64,000 bases of DNA from Polyangiales bacterium. GTDB lineage: Bacteria > Myxococcota_A > Polyangia > Polyangiales > Polyangiaceae. Positions 48,819-58,887 of the stretch are shown here, piece after piece. The stretch covers positions 32,001 to 96,000 of the forward strand of contig JBBRLQ010000027.1 of NCBI GenBank assembly GCA_038231275.1, given 5' to 3'. Within the stretch, counting starts at the first letter, position 1. Each line of letters begins with the position of its first letter. The notes beneath the pieces are model-generated. The model did not search any database. It was given only the letters and a program-made list of their open reading frames with translations, and was not told the origin of the DNA. Both the position numbers and the translations under genes were made by a program.

Positions 48819-51125
48819 ATGCGAGGCGTGACCCCTCCCCGGCCCACCGCACGAATCGCGTTCGTCGTGGCGGCGATGCTCCTCGGCGCGTTCGTCGACG
48901 TGAGCGCCCATGTGCCGAGCCTCGCCGCGAGTCTGCGCGCCGCCGAGACCGCGACGGTCCTCCAGTACCTCATCCTGGCCGGCGTCTCGATCTTCGCGAC
49001 GCAGTGGGCCCTGATCCTCGCCGTAAACGTCGTCGCCGGCTGCGCGTACCTCGTCGCGACGCGACGACGTGCCACGCGGATGCTGGAGACGCGTATCGCG
49101 TTCGTCGTCGTCTTCCGGCAGCTCGGCTATCAGCAAGCGCTCTTTCCGTGGGTGGTCCTCGCGCTCGCCGTCCCGTTGCCGAACGGCGCCCCCGCGTGGA
49201 CCCTTCGCCTCGCCGCGGTGGCCACTACCTTCGCCCTCGGCGCCCGCGTCGTCGATCGCGTCGCCGCGCGACTCCGTTCGCCGAGCGCGTCGTCCGACGA
49301 GCTTTCCACTTGGCGACGTGCCGTGCGGCGACAGCTCCTCTTCTTCGGCGCGTCGCTCGTCGGGTTTTTCGGTCTCTTCGCCGTCGCGCCGACACAAGCG
49401 ACGGTCCTCCTTCCACTGCTCGGCGCCTTCGCCGTCAGCGTCCCGTTCCGCGTGATCGAGCTCGCCAAGCGGGACCGCGCCGTGGACCCCGACGCTCCTC
49501 CGCCGGTTTGGCGACGTTCGATCGCCGCGCGCCGCTACGACGTCGCGTTCGTCCTCCTCGCGCAGATCGCCATCGCCGTCACGCTGCGCGCGAAGATCGC
49601 CCCCGCCTACGCCGCCGAACAGCGCGACGCCGCAACGCGCGCGATGGAGGTCCGAACGACCCCTGAAGGACGATCGCCGGCGCGTCCGCCTCCCTCTCCT
49701 TCCATTCGCCTGTTCCTCGTGGCCGACAACCATTTTCACGAGCTCTCCGGCGAGCGCAGCGGCGTCCACCTCGATCTCGCGGATTCGATCGTGCGTGTCG
49801 CCGTTCGACCCGTCGAGCTCGATCTGCTGAGCGGCTTCACGCTCGCACGCTTCGCGATCGCCCACGCGATGCTGGAGCGATCGCTCGCGGCAGAGCTCCC
49901 ATGGATCCACCTGGGCGATGACGGAGATCTCGGCTGCAGGTCCGAGCTCGATCGCCTCGCGCCGTTCGTCGGCGTCTTCGGACGACCGCCGCTCGCCCTG
50001 GTCCCCGGCAATCACGACAGCCATTTCGTCGGCAATTTCGTGTGGCATCCGAGCTGGGACGCCGCGTGCGCGGGGTCGCCACGCGCGACCAATCCGGTTG
50101 CCGACACGATCCTCGCGCGAAGCTCGCCGAGCGCTACGATCGTACGTCACGCCGGATCCCGCACGGCGCTCGCGGCGGTGCGATCCCTGGGCCGCGTCGC
50201 CCAGAGCGACGTGGTCGGCGTCTTCGTGGACACCACCGACGATTCGTCGATCGGCGTCGCCGGCGTGCAAGGCGAGATCTCGCCCGCGCAAGAGGCGTTC
50301 CTGAAGGGCGAGCTCGCGAAGTGGACTGCGCCTTGGATCGTGTTCTTCATGCACCATCCGTTCGACGAGCTCACGTGGGGCTCACAACGGTGCCTCGGGC
50401 GCCTCGTGACCGGCGCCGCGCGCCCGCTCGCGGTCGTCTCCGCGCATACCCACCTAGCTGCGCTGCGGAGCGTCACGCTCGCGGGGACCGCAACGCCGGA
50501 GCTGGTCATCGGCTCAACGACCGATCCTCCTGCCGAGACCGCGCTCCTCGAGATCGGCGCGGGCGAGCGCGGCGGCGTGGCGATGCGCCTCCGAACGCTA
50601 CCCGCGATCGCGCGGGAGGGCGCGACCTGCGGCACCGAGGCCGACGCGGTGGTCTCGTGGAAAACGTGCGCCGACGTCTTCGCGCGCGCGAAACGAACCT
50701 GCGCGGACGTCGTGGGGCACACGGAGACTCCTGTCGAAGCGCGTCATCCTCAATCGCCCGCCGAGGTGAAAGCCGGCCAGCAAGTCCGCGCGCGGGCGCT
50801 CTTGCGGTGCGTGCACGAGCTCGACCTCGTCCCCGATACCTTCACCGATGCCCCACTCGACGACCCCACGCTGTTCCCGAAGCTCGACGCGCACGCGAAG
50901 GCCCTCGCCGCCGACGGTAGCCCCGCCGCGCGCGCGCGCCTCGACGCGCTCACCTGCTTCGCGTGGGCCGGCTCCGCGCTCCAACGTCACAAGGGCGAGA
51001 CTGGATGGAGCTACGCGCATGCCCTCGACGTCGCGATGGATCCGGCCACCGTCTTCGCCGCCGCCGAGATGACCTACGAGACCGAGGGCGACGTCGGCAC
51101 GCAGCGCGCGTGCGTGACGAAATAG
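48819..51125 (+). CDS. Membrane protein with C-terminal metallophosphoesterase domain
   Basis: Multi-TM N-terminus; VADNH, HLGDDGD, PGNHD, MHHP, SAHTH metal motifs. Confidence 0.78.
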   Translation: MRGVTPPRPTARIAFVVAAMLLGAFVDVSAHVPSLAASLRAAETATVLQYLILAGVSIFATQWALILAVNVVAGCAYLVATRRRATRMLETRIAFVVVFRQLGYQQALFPWVVLALAVPLPNGAPAWTLRLAAVATTFALGARVVDRVAARLRSPSASSDELSTWRRAVRRQLLFFGASLVGFFGLFAVAPTQATVLLPLLGAFAVSVPFRVIELAKRDRAVDPDAPPPVWRRSIAARRYDVAFVLLAQIAIAVTLRAKIAPAYAAEQRDAATRAMEVRTTPEGRSPARPPPSPSIRLFLVADNHFHELSGERSGVHLDLADSIVRVAVRPVELDLLSGFTLARFAIAHAMLERSLAAELPWIHLGDDGDLGCRSELDRLAPFVGVFGRPPLALVPGNHDSHFVGNFVWHPSWDAACAGSPRATNPVADTILARSSPSATIVRHAGSRTALAAVRSLGRVAQSDVVGVFVDTTDDSSIGVAGVQGEISPAQEAFLKGELAKWTAPWIVFFMHHPFDELTWGSQRCLGRLVTGAARPLAVVSAHTHLAALRSVTLAGTATPELVIGSTTDPPAETALLEIGAGERGGVAMRLRTLPAIAREGATCGTEADAVVSWKTCADVFARAKRTCADVVGHTETPVEARHPQSPAEVKAGQQVRARALLRCVHELDLVPDTFTDAPLDDPTLFPKLDAHAKALAADGSPAARARLDALTCFAWAGSALQRHKGETGWSYAHALDVAMDPATVFAAAEMTYETEGDVGTQRACVTK

Positions 51126-51139
51126 GCTTTAAAGCGCGC

Positions 51140-52129
51140 TCAAAAGCGACCGTCAAGCGACGCGCCGAACGGCGACACACCGACGCGCACCGACGGCGAC
51201 GTGCTCCCCGTCTTCGACGATCCACCTGACGAGAGCGCGAGGTACGTCGTGACACCGGCGCCGAGGATCGCGCCGAGGCCGAGGAGATCGGTCACGAGGG
51301 CGTCGCGCTTCACCTTCGAGCGCGCGTCGTCGACGTCGGAGGGCGCGACGCCGTACTGTCCGGCCACGCGATCGAGATCCTTCTTCGCCGACAGCGTGAC
51401 GAGACCGAAGACGACGGCGCCCGCGGTCAGCGCGCCGGTCACTGCTACGCCAATCCATACCGGCGTCGTCGAGCGCGGCTCGGGCGGAGGCTCGACGCGC
51501 CGCGGCGGTTCGACTGGCGCAGTCGTCGGACGCGCAGCCGGCGGCTTGCTCGGCTCGCCGAGATCGATCTTCACGTCGACTCGATCGCCGCCTGCGACGT
51601 CGACGGCGCGCGTCGAGGTCGGGTTGGGCGGGAGCACGACTTGGATGGTGCGCCGTCCCGCGCTCACGAGGATCGCGTCGGCGAGCGGCGTCTTGCCGAT
51701 CGACACGTTGTCGAGGAGCACCTCGGCGCCGGGCTGGTCGACGACGACGCGGATGTACCCCACGAGCTTCTGGAGGCGCTTGACCTCGTTCTCTGCCGTC
51801 GTGCGGCGATCGGCGGGGACCTCGGCTTTGCCTTCCGCGAGGTACCGCTCGAACGCGCGAAGTCCGCACGCGTAGTCCTGGAGCTCGACGCACGTCTGCC
51901 CGATGTTGAACTGGAGCCGAAAATTCGGCGCGGTCTGGTAGGCGCGGTTGAACTCGATCAGCGCGCCGCGGTAGTCGCCGTCGCGATAGAGCTCGACGCC
52001 GCGCTGGAACCGGCTGCGCGCTTCTTCCTTTTGATCGCGCTCCTGCGCAAAGGCCGGCGGCGAGACGAACGCGGAGGCGACGGCGGCGGAGAGCAGCGCG
52101 GCGACGAGGCGAGAGCGACTACGCTTCAT
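51140..52129 (-). CDS. TPR-PEGA domain protein
   Basis: Signal peptide, EARSRFQRGVELY TPR, GAEVLLD..IGKTPL PEGA, two hydrophobic helices, ends LDGRF. Confidence 0.88.
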   Translation of the reverse strand: MKRSRSRLVAALLSAAVASAFVSPPAFAQERDQKEEARSRFQRGVELYRDGDYRGALIEFNRAYQTAPNFRLQFNIGQTCVELQDYACGLRAFERYLAEGKAEVPADRRTTAENEVKRLQKLVGYIRVVVDQPGAEVLLDNVSIGKTPLADAILVSAGRRTIQVVLPPNPTSTRAVDVAGGDRVDVKIDLGEPSKPPAARPTTAPVEPPRRVEPPPEPRSTTPVWIGVAVTGALTAGAVVFGLVTLSAKKDLDRVAGQYGVAPSDVDDARSKVKRDALVTDLLGLGAILGAGVTTYLALSSGGSSKTGSTSPSVRVGVSPFGASLDGRF

Positions 52130-53799
52130 TTATAGGGATCCTGATCATCGATGGGGCGCGTCGTGCGGTTGCCCTTCGGCTCCTTGTTGAGGTCGACGTC
52201 GTCGGGTCCCGCTGTCGCGCCCGGTTTCGCGCCCGGCCTTCCGACGGGCACGTACGTGCCGCCGCCACCTGCGCGCAAGAGCGCGACGCTCTCGGTGTGA
52301 TCGCGATCGAGCGTTACGCTGCGCGAGAGCGGCGCATACCCGCGCGCGGCGACATCGAGCTTGTGCGGCGCGCCGTCGGCCGGACGACGCACCTCGAACG
52401 GCGGCGCGAGGAGCACGCCGTCGAGCCGGACCGTCGCGCTCGCGGGCGTCACGTCGAACGACACGACCACCGGACCGTCTTTCGGCGCGGCGGTCACGGA
52501 CGACGGAGGATTCGGCGCGGGCGGCGCGATCGGCGGCGGGACGGCCTGGATGGGCTGCGCCGGTGGGACGTCGAGGGTGGCTTGCGTCGCGGTCGGCGGC
52601 GCGTGCTTTCGCGGAAATCCGAAGAGCGCGGCGCCTGCGATCGCCGCGATCGCCGCGAGGCTCGCCGTCGTGACGATCGCGCGCGTCCACCTCCGCCCGC
52701 GCGGCGCGATCGCCGTCTCGGTCGGCGGGAGATCGGCGTCGACGAGCAGCGCGCCGTCGCTCGGCCGATTGCGCGGCGTGTCGCGCGTCTGCGTCGCGTT
52801 GAGCATCAAGATCGGCGAGGAGGTCGGCGCGCTCCGCACCTGCTCCTCGACGAGCCGCTTCATCTTCGCGCGCTCCTCGGCGAAGTGCTTGTCGAGGATC
52901 GCCGCCAGATCCGCCGCGTCGGCGTTCGTCGTCTTCTTCAGGTACGCCTCGAGCACCTCGCGCATCTCGGCGGCGCTCGTGTAGCGATCGTCGGGATTGA
53001 GGGCCATCGCCTTCTCGCAAATGGCCACGAGCTCGTCGGGCGCCTCGGCGTTGATCTCTTTGACCTTCGTCTCCTCGCCGCTCAGGCGCCGGCGCAGCAC
53101 GGCGACCTCGCCGTCGCCGACTTTGTGGAAACGCGCCATCGTGAGCGCCTCCCACAGCATGACGCCGATCGAGAACACGTCGGCGCGCCCGTCGATCCCC
53201 TTCGACAGCGCCTGCTCGGGGGCCATGTACCCGAGCTTGCCCTTCATCGCGCCTTCACGCGTGAGCGCCGCGGAGCCCGCCACCTTGGCGATCCCGAAGT
53301 CGACGAGCTTCACCTGCCCCGGGTACGTGACGAAGACGTTTTGCGGGCTCACGTCACGGTGCACGATCGACAGCGGGCTCCCGTCGTAGTCCGAGAGGCC
53401 ATGCGCGTACTGCAGCCCCGCAAGCACCTCGCAGAGGACGCGAATCTGCACGGGCAGCGGCACGTTCTTGCGACCGAGGCGCGCGACGATCGTGTTGAGC
53501 GCCTGCCCCTCCAGGTACTCCATCGCGATGAAGTGCTGATCGCTATCGACGCCGATCTCGTACGTGTGGATGACGTTCGGGTGATTGAGCCGCGCGGCGA
53601 CGCGGGCCTCGTTCAGGAACATCGACCGGAACTCCGGATCGGCGACGAGCTCCTCGCGCAGCAGCTTCAAGACGAAGAGCTTGTCGAACCCCGGCTTCTG
53701 CGAGAGCGCCAGGTACACGCGCGCCATCCCGCCCGCGCCGAGCCCGGCAATGACTCTGTACGGTCCGATGACACGAGGGTCGGATTTGGTTTCGCTCAT
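52126..53799 (-). CDS. Membrane-anchored Ser/Thr protein kinase with PEGA-like extracytoplasmic domain
   Basis: GAGGMARV, VLK, HRDVSPQN, DFG, YMAPE; TM; P..ATVRLDG domain; ends IDDQDPYK. Confidence 0.93.
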   Translation of the reverse strand: MSETKSDPRVIGPYRVIAGLGAGGMARVYLALSQKPGFDKLFVLKLLREELVADPEFRSMFLNEARVAARLNHPNVIHTYEIGVDSDQHFIAMEYLEGQALNTIVARLGRKNVPLPVQIRVLCEVLAGLQYAHGLSDYDGSPLSIVHRDVSPQNVFVTYPGQVKLVDFGIAKVAGSAALTREGAMKGKLGYMAPEQALSKGIDGRADVFSIGVMLWEALTMARFHKVGDGEVAVLRRRLSGEETKVKEINAEAPDELVAICEKAMALNPDDRYTSAAEMREVLEAYLKKTTNADAADLAAILDKHFAEERAKMKRLVEEQVRSAPTSSPILMLNATQTRDTPRNRPSDGALLVDADLPPTETAIAPRGRRWTRAIVTTASLAAIAAIAGAALFGFPRKHAPPTATQATLDVPPAQPIQAVPPPIAPPAPNPPSSVTAAPKDGPVVVSFDVTPASATVRLDGVLLAPPFEVRRPADGAPHKLDVAARGYAPLSRSVTLDRDHTESVALLRAGGGGTYVPVGRPGAKPGATAGPDDVDLNKEPKGNRTTRPIDDQDPYK

Positions 53800-53942
53800 G
53801 ACGACGAACGCTTCGAGAAAGAGATCGAAAAGCGGACGCCGGCGCGCCCCCAGCTATTTTCGTCAATGCGGGGGCACCGCGCCACGTTTTCTTTGGGGTT
53901 CGAGGAGGTACGCAGCGCCCACCTTTGCGCACACACTGCGCG

Positions 53943-54893
53943 CTAGGGGGCGCTCGGCGTGATGATCACGTAGGTGATGTAGTCGGCGCGCAGCGCGACC
54001 GACACCTTCCCCATGAACTTGGTGGTGTCGTGAAACCGGGCGGTCAGCGTCGCGGTACCGGGCGGCAAGTTCAAAAAACCACCTTTGCCACCTGGATCCG
54101 TTTGGACCTCGTCTGCAAGAGGGAGGTTGTCGGCGTTGAAATAGAATCTGCGGGTGCGACCCAGAGTGTCCTGCTTGTCGACGTCGACGGAGATACCCGA
54201 GAGCGAATTGTCCTGGCAGTCATGGGTGCGGAAGAAGAGGTGCGCGAGGCCGGACGCCACCGCGCCCGCGTCGAAGACGAGCGACGCGACGCCGGCGAAC
54301 GTAGCGGGCGAGACCATTAGCGCATTCGGACCGACGGACGCGTCCTGAATGAGCGGCGGATGGATCTGAATGAGCGCGGGCGTGACGTACTGCTGCCCGC
54401 CGTCGAGGTTGTTGACCTCGAGAAGGCCTGCGAAGCCGTAACCCACTTGGACCGTGACGGTCCCCGCGGCGTTCGGAAAAATGGTCGTTGCGCCGCCTTG
54501 ATCGCGCGGACTCAGACAGGTCTGATCGAAGAGCGAACAGACCCGTACGCCGATCTCCGTTAGGCCTTGGTTGCCGCTCGCGTTTTGAAAGGTCCGCGAG
54601 TAGGTGACCAGATGGGTCAGACTCTCTTCCGTCGGGTAGGGCGTATTCGCGCAGGCGAACAGCGCGTCGGGGCCCGAATCCACGCTCGCCTCACCGCCCC
54701 CCGAGTCTGCGGAGGGCTGCACGCAGACGCGGCTCACGCACGTCGCGGTCGCGAATTGGCCGCCGCGTGACGCGCAGTCGCCGTCCGTCGTGCACTGGAA
54801 CACGTCCGAGCTGACCAAGAACTGACACGCGACCGCAGGCGCAAGAAGAACGGCCGCCAGGAGCGCGTAACGCGCATGGACTGGGTTCGCCAT
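53943..54893 (-). CDS. Cys-rich lipoprotein with Ig/carboxypeptidase-regulatory-like C-terminus
   Basis: Lipobox AVAC, QC.TDGDC..C...VC motif, TD..G.GGFLNLPPG. Confidence 0.7.
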   Translation of the reverse strand: MANPVHARYALLAAVLLAPAVACQFLVSSDVFQCTTDGDCASRGGQFATATCVSRVCVQPSADSGGGEASVDSGPDALFACANTPYPTEESLTHLVTYSRTFQNASGNQGLTEIGVRVCSLFDQTCLSPRDQGGATTIFPNAAGTVTVQVGYGFAGLLEVNNLDGGQQYVTPALIQIHPPLIQDASVGPNALMVSPATFAGVASLVFDAGAVASGLAHLFFRTHDCQDNSLSGISVDVDKQDTLGRTRRFYFNADNLPLADEVQTDPGGKGGFLNLPPGTATLTARFHDTTKFMGKVSVALRADYITYVIITPSAP

Positions 54894-54912
54894 CACGACA
54901 GAGGCTACCACG

Positions 54913-55548
54913 TCACGGGCAAGGGGCACCGGCGTCGAGCCACGCGCGGACGTGCCGGACGAGCTCCTCGTGGCTCACCGGCGGCAGCGTTCGACCCGGC
55001 CCAGGCGCGAAGCCCCAGAGGACGATTTTGTCGCTCGCGAAATGCTCCTCGAGCTGCGCAAGCGTGCGGTGACCGTTCTTCTCGGGGTCTTTGAGCGACT
55101 CGCAGAGCTGGCGCGGCGTGAGGCCCTCGAAGACCATCGGCGTCTCCTTCGGCGGCAGCCGCCAGTCGGGCACACCCGGCGGACCGTGCGGCCGGTCGGA
55201 GTTCTTCTCGCGGTGGCAGGTCGTGCAGGGGAGGCCGGATTCCTCGCTCTTGCGCGAGATGTTCATCGGGTGGAGGCGGAAGTGATCGCCGACGTGCGGC
55301 GCGTCGCCGATGGGGTGGCAATTCACGCAGCGAGGGGAGAGGAGATCGCGGGCGATGGGCAGGAAGTGATCGGACGCGGTCGGAGTCGGAGTCGGAGTCG
55401 GAGTCGGAGTCGGAGTCGGAGTCGGGGTCGGGGTCGGCGTCGGGGTCGCGGTCGGGGTCGAGGTCGGCGTCGAGGTCGGCGTCGAGGTCGAGGTCGAGGT
55501 CGCGGAGAAGGAGATGACGGTCGCGAGGACGAGGGCGGCGCGGGTCAT
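54913..55548 (-). CDS. Dihaem c-type cytochrome associated with the IorAB-like oxidoreductase
   Basis: Signal peptide, (TP)n linker, SPRCVNCH and CTTCH motifs, PPGVPDW.LPP. Confidence 0.85.
   Translation of the reverse strand: MTRAALVLATVISFSATSTSTSTPTSTPTSTPTATPTPTPTPTPTPTPTPTPTPTPTASDHFLPIARDLLSPRCVNCHPIGDAPHVGDHFRLHPMNISRKSEESGLPCTTCHREKNSDRPHGPPGVPDWRLPPKETPMVFEGLTPRQLCESLKDPEKNGHRTLAQLEEHFASDKIVLWGFAPGPGRTLPPVSHEELVRHVRAWLDAGAPCP
55377..55503. repeat. Coding GTCGRR hexamer repeat encoding a (TS)n(TP)n linker
   Basis: About 20 tandem gtcgga/gtcggg/gtcgag units inside the cytochrome gene. Confidence 0.8.
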
Positions 55549-57779
55549 TTTGCTTCCTCCATCGCGCGACGAATTGGAAGCCGGCGAACTGGACGGCCCG
55601 TCGCGCGCAGGATCGCGTTCGCGATCGTCGGCGCGACGAGAGGGACACCGGGCTCACCGATTCCGGTGGGCGGCTCCTCGCTCGGAACGATGTGCACCTC
55701 CACGACGGGCATCTCGTGCATTCGGAGCGACGGGTAGTCGTGGAAATTCGATTGCTCGACCCGCCCCTTCGCGAGCGTGATTTCCTGCGACATCGCCGCG
55801 CCGAGGCCGAAGCCGACGCCGCCCTCGATCTGCGCGCGAACGAGATCGGGATTGATGACTTTGCCGCAATCCACCGCGACGACCACGCGGTGACAGCGAA
55901 CGTGACGGCCTTCGACGGTGACCTCCGCGACCTGCGCGATGCTCGTTCCGAACACCGTCGTCTGCGCGATGCCCCGCGCGACACCCGGCTTCAGCGCCGT
56001 CGTCCACCCCGCTTTTTCCGCGGCAAGCTCGAGGACACGGCGCGCGCGCGGCGCGTGGGCGAGTAAATCGCGGCGCATCTCGAACGGATCCTTCTTCGCC
56101 GCGCGCGCGACCTCGTCGAAGAACGCCTCCACCGCGAAGACGTTGTTCGACGTGCCGATCGATCGCCACCACCCGACGGGAACGCTCACGTTGATCGCCG
56201 CGAACTCGGCCTCGATGTTGGGGATCGCGTAGGCGATGTCGCGGCCCCCTTCGAGCGACGACGGATCGGTAATCGCTCCGCCGGAATAAAGCGTCGCGGC
56301 GCCGCGCGCGGCCAAGCTCTTCATCGCGAGCGGCAGCGAATTCGGGACGATGCTCTGCCCCCACTCCTCGGCGATTTGTCCGATGATCGACTGGCACGCC
56401 ATCCGCTCGAACCAACTCGTGAGCGTGCCGTCGCGCGAAAGCCCCGCGCGCATCTGCGTGACCGACATCGGGCGGTAGACGTCGTGCGTCGTGTCGTCCT
56501 CGCGCGACCACACGATCTTGACCGGCTTCTTGATGCGCAGCGCGATCGTGACGGCCTCCAGGACGTAGTCCTGGGCGAGGCGCCTTCCGTAGCCGCCGCC
56601 GATCGCGGTCTGGTGCATGACGATGTCGTGGTAGGCAAACCCGGTGAGGCGACGGATGCCTTCGCGCGCGAGCCCGAACGACTGGCTCGGCGCCCACACT
56701 TCGCAGCGACCGTCTTTCACGATCGCCGTTGCGTTCTGCGGCTCGAGTGTCGCGTGCGCGAGGTACGGCGTCTCGTAGATCGCCTCGAGCACGGTCGCCG
56801 CCTCGCCCTCGGCCCTCGCGACGGAGCCGTCGGCGCGCAGCACCTTGCCGGGCTCACGAAGGCGCGCGTGAAATGCGGCGCGAAGACGCTCGGTGTCGAG
56901 AGCGATGGCGCCTTCGGTCCACTCGACCTTCACGAGCGCCGACGCGCGACGCGCGCGCCAGTACGACGACGCCACGACCGCGACGCCTGTGGGAACCGCG
57001 AGGACGTGCGACACACCCGGCTCGCGAAGTGCCGCCGATCCGTCGAACCCCTTGAGCTTCGCGCCGATGGCGGGCGCGCGGAGGATCACCGCGGTGAGGA
57101 GGCCCGGCAGCTTCACGTCGATGCCGTAGATGGTGCTCCCGTCGACCTTCGCGGGCGCGTCGAGGCGGGGGACGCTCTTTCCGATCCACTTGAACGCGCT
57201 CGCGGGCTTCAGCGCGGGCACCGCAACGCGCTCGTTCGCGGCGGCGATCGCCAGCTCCCCATACCGCGCAGTCCGTCCGCTCGAGGGATGGGTGATCGCG
57301 CCGTTGTCGGCGACGCACGAGGTCACGGCCACTCCCCATCGCCGTGCGGCCGCGGCCTTCAGGAGCTCACGCGTCGTCGCGGCGGCAGCGCGCAGCGGCT
57401 CGTACGACGTTCGGACCGAGGTGCTTCCACCGGTGACCTGCATGAGGAGGAGCGGATCGGGGTTGTCGTACGCGCGACCCGCCGGCGCCGTCGCGATGAC
57501 GAGGCGCGCCGGATCGATCTCGAGCTCCTCGGCGACCATCTGCGCGTGCGACGTCGTCGTCCCCTGCCCCATCTCGACGCGATCGAGCACGAACGTGACG
57601 CGATCGTCGGGCGAAATGATCAGCCACGCGTTCGGAACGAAGACGCCGCCGCGCACGCCCCCAAATCGCGGCGGTGCGCATCCCGGCACCGCGATCTGCA
57701 CGAGCAACCCGCCCGCCGCCGCCGCGCCGAAGCGCAGGACGTCACGACGCCCCACGTCGCTGGGCGAAGGCTCGCTCAT
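55545..57779 (-). CDS. iorB: Xanthine dehydrogenase-family molybdopterin subunit (isoquinoline 1-oxidoreductase beta-like)
   Basis: GRRDVL twin-arginine-like motif, [43 protein letters not shown]. Confidence 0.88.
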   Translation of the reverse strand: MSEPSPSDVGRRDVLRFGAAAAGGLLVQIAVPGCAPPRFGGVRGGVFVPNAWLIISPDDRVTFVLDRVEMGQGTTTSHAQMVAEELEIDPARLVIATAPAGRAYDNPDPLLLMQVTGGSTSVRTSYEPLRAAAATTRELLKAAAARRWGVAVTSCVADNGAITHPSSGRTARYGELAIAAANERVAVPALKPASAFKWIGKSVPRLDAPAKVDGSTIYGIDVKLPGLLTAVILRAPAIGAKLKGFDGSAALREPGVSHVLAVPTGVAVVASSYWRARRASALVKVEWTEGAIALDTERLRAAFHARLREPGKVLRADGSVARAEGEAATVLEAIYETPYLAHATLEPQNATAIVKDGRCEVWAPSQSFGLAREGIRRLTGFAYHDIVMHQTAIGGGYGRRLAQDYVLEAVTIALRIKKPVKIVWSREDDTTHDVYRPMSVTQMRAGLSRDGTLTSWFERMACQSIIGQIAEEWGQSIVPNSLPLAMKSLAARGAATLYSGGAITDPSSLEGGRDIAYAIPNIEAEFAAINVSVPVGWWRSIGTSNNVFAVEAFFDEVARAAKKDPFEMRRDLLAHAPRARRVLELAAEKAGWTTALKPGVARGIAQTTVFGTSIAQVAEVTVEGRHVRCHRVVVAVDCGKVINPDLVRAQIEGGVGFGLGAAMSQEITLAKGRVEQSNFHDYPSLRMHEMPVVEVHIVPSEEPPTGIGEPGVPLVAPTIANAILRATGRPVRRLPIRRAMEEAK

Positions 57780-58267
57780 GGCTTCGGATCCGGTTCTTTT
57801 GGCGCGCCGTCGCCTGCGAGCTTCTCCGCCGCGAGATGAATGGCGCTGCGGATGCGCACGTACGTCGCGCAGCGGCACAGGTTCGCGCTCATCACCGAAT
57901 CGATCTCGGCATCGGTCGGCCGCGGCTTCGCCTTCAGCAGGGAGATCGCCGACATGATCTGCCCCGACTGGCAGTACCCGCACTGCGGCGTCGAGTGTGC
58001 GATCCACGCCTCTTGGACCGCGCGCATCGGCGTCGCGGCGATCCCTTCGATCGTCGTGACCTCTTTTCCCGCGACCTCACCTACGCGCGTGGTGCAGGAG
58101 CGGAGCGGCTTTCCATCAAGGTGTACTGTGCACGCGCCGCAGAGCGCGATTCCGCAGCCGTACTTCGTGCCGGTGAGGCCTAGCTCTTCGCGAAGGACCC
58201 ACAGGAGCGGAACGTCATCAGGGACGTCCACGTCGTGATGCGCGCCGTTGACGGTGAACGAGATCAC
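57776..58267 (-). CDS. iorA: 2x[2Fe-2S] subunit (isoquinoline 1-oxidoreductase alpha-like)
   Basis: [33 protein letters not shown]. Confidence 0.92.
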   Translation of the reverse strand: MISFTVNGAHHDVDVPDDVPLLWVLREELGLTGTKYGCGIALCGACTVHLDGKPLRSCTTRVGEVAGKEVTTIEGIAATPMRAVQEAWIAHSTPQCGYCQSGQIMSAISLLKAKPRPTDAEIDSVMSANLCRCATYVRIRSAIHLAAEKLAGDGAPKEPDPKP

Positions 58268-58277
58268 GATGCGCTCC

Positions 58278-58844
58278 TCACCACAGGCTGAAGCTGGCGG
58301 TGAGCTGCGTCTTCGGCGCGAGCAGCGCGTCGACCGCCGTGAACGGGAGCACCGCCGTCACCTGCGCGTCGAGGGTGAAGTTGCGGCCGTAGAAAATGTA
58401 CGTCCCGAGCGACGCCTCGGCGAGCGCGCGGCTGCCGAGATCGGTCTCCCACAGCGCGCCGATGCCGCCTCCCCAATACGGGATCAAATAGCGGCGGCTC
58501 GCGTTCCCTTCGAACGAGACGAGCCAGCCGAGGCGATAGACGAGCATCGCGCGATGATCTTGGGACGGCATGTACGCGACGCCGAACCGCAGCGCGCCTT
58601 GCGACGGACCGAACGCGTCGTTGTTGTTCGACCACGACAGCGCCGCGAACTCGACGCCCGGTCCGACGTACGGATTCAGCCCACCGCGCGGGAAATACGC
58701 GACGCCCGCGACCGCAGGCATCAGCACCGAGACGAGCGTCTCGCACGCCGGATCGTCGGGCTTCTCGTCGGGACACTTCGCGTGCGCGCCCGCCGCAAAT
58801 CCGAATACCGCGAGGGCGACCGCCCACCCGAGCGCCTTGTTCAT
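58278..58844 (-). CDS. Outer-membrane beta-barrel-like hypothetical protein
   Basis: Signal peptide AHA, amphipathic strands, C-terminal ASFSLW; AGGGAAGGAG RBS. Confidence 0.7.
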   Translation of the reverse strand: MNKALGWAVALAVFGFAAGAHAKCPDEKPDDPACETLVSVLMPAVAGVAYFPRGGLNPYVGPGVEFAALSWSNNNDAFGPSQGALRFGVAYMPSQDHRAMLVYRLGWLVSFEGNASRRYLIPYWGGGIGALWETDLGSRALAEASLGTYIFYGRNFTLDAQVTAVLPFTAVDALLAPKTQLTASFSLW

Positions 58845-58887
58845 TGCGCTCCTTCCCTACCACAGGAACTGCCGAGGGAGGCCGTTC

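Noticed and set aside
53862..53886. Sigma54-like motif upstream of the third kinase
   Set aside because: GG to GC spacing is not the required 10 nt
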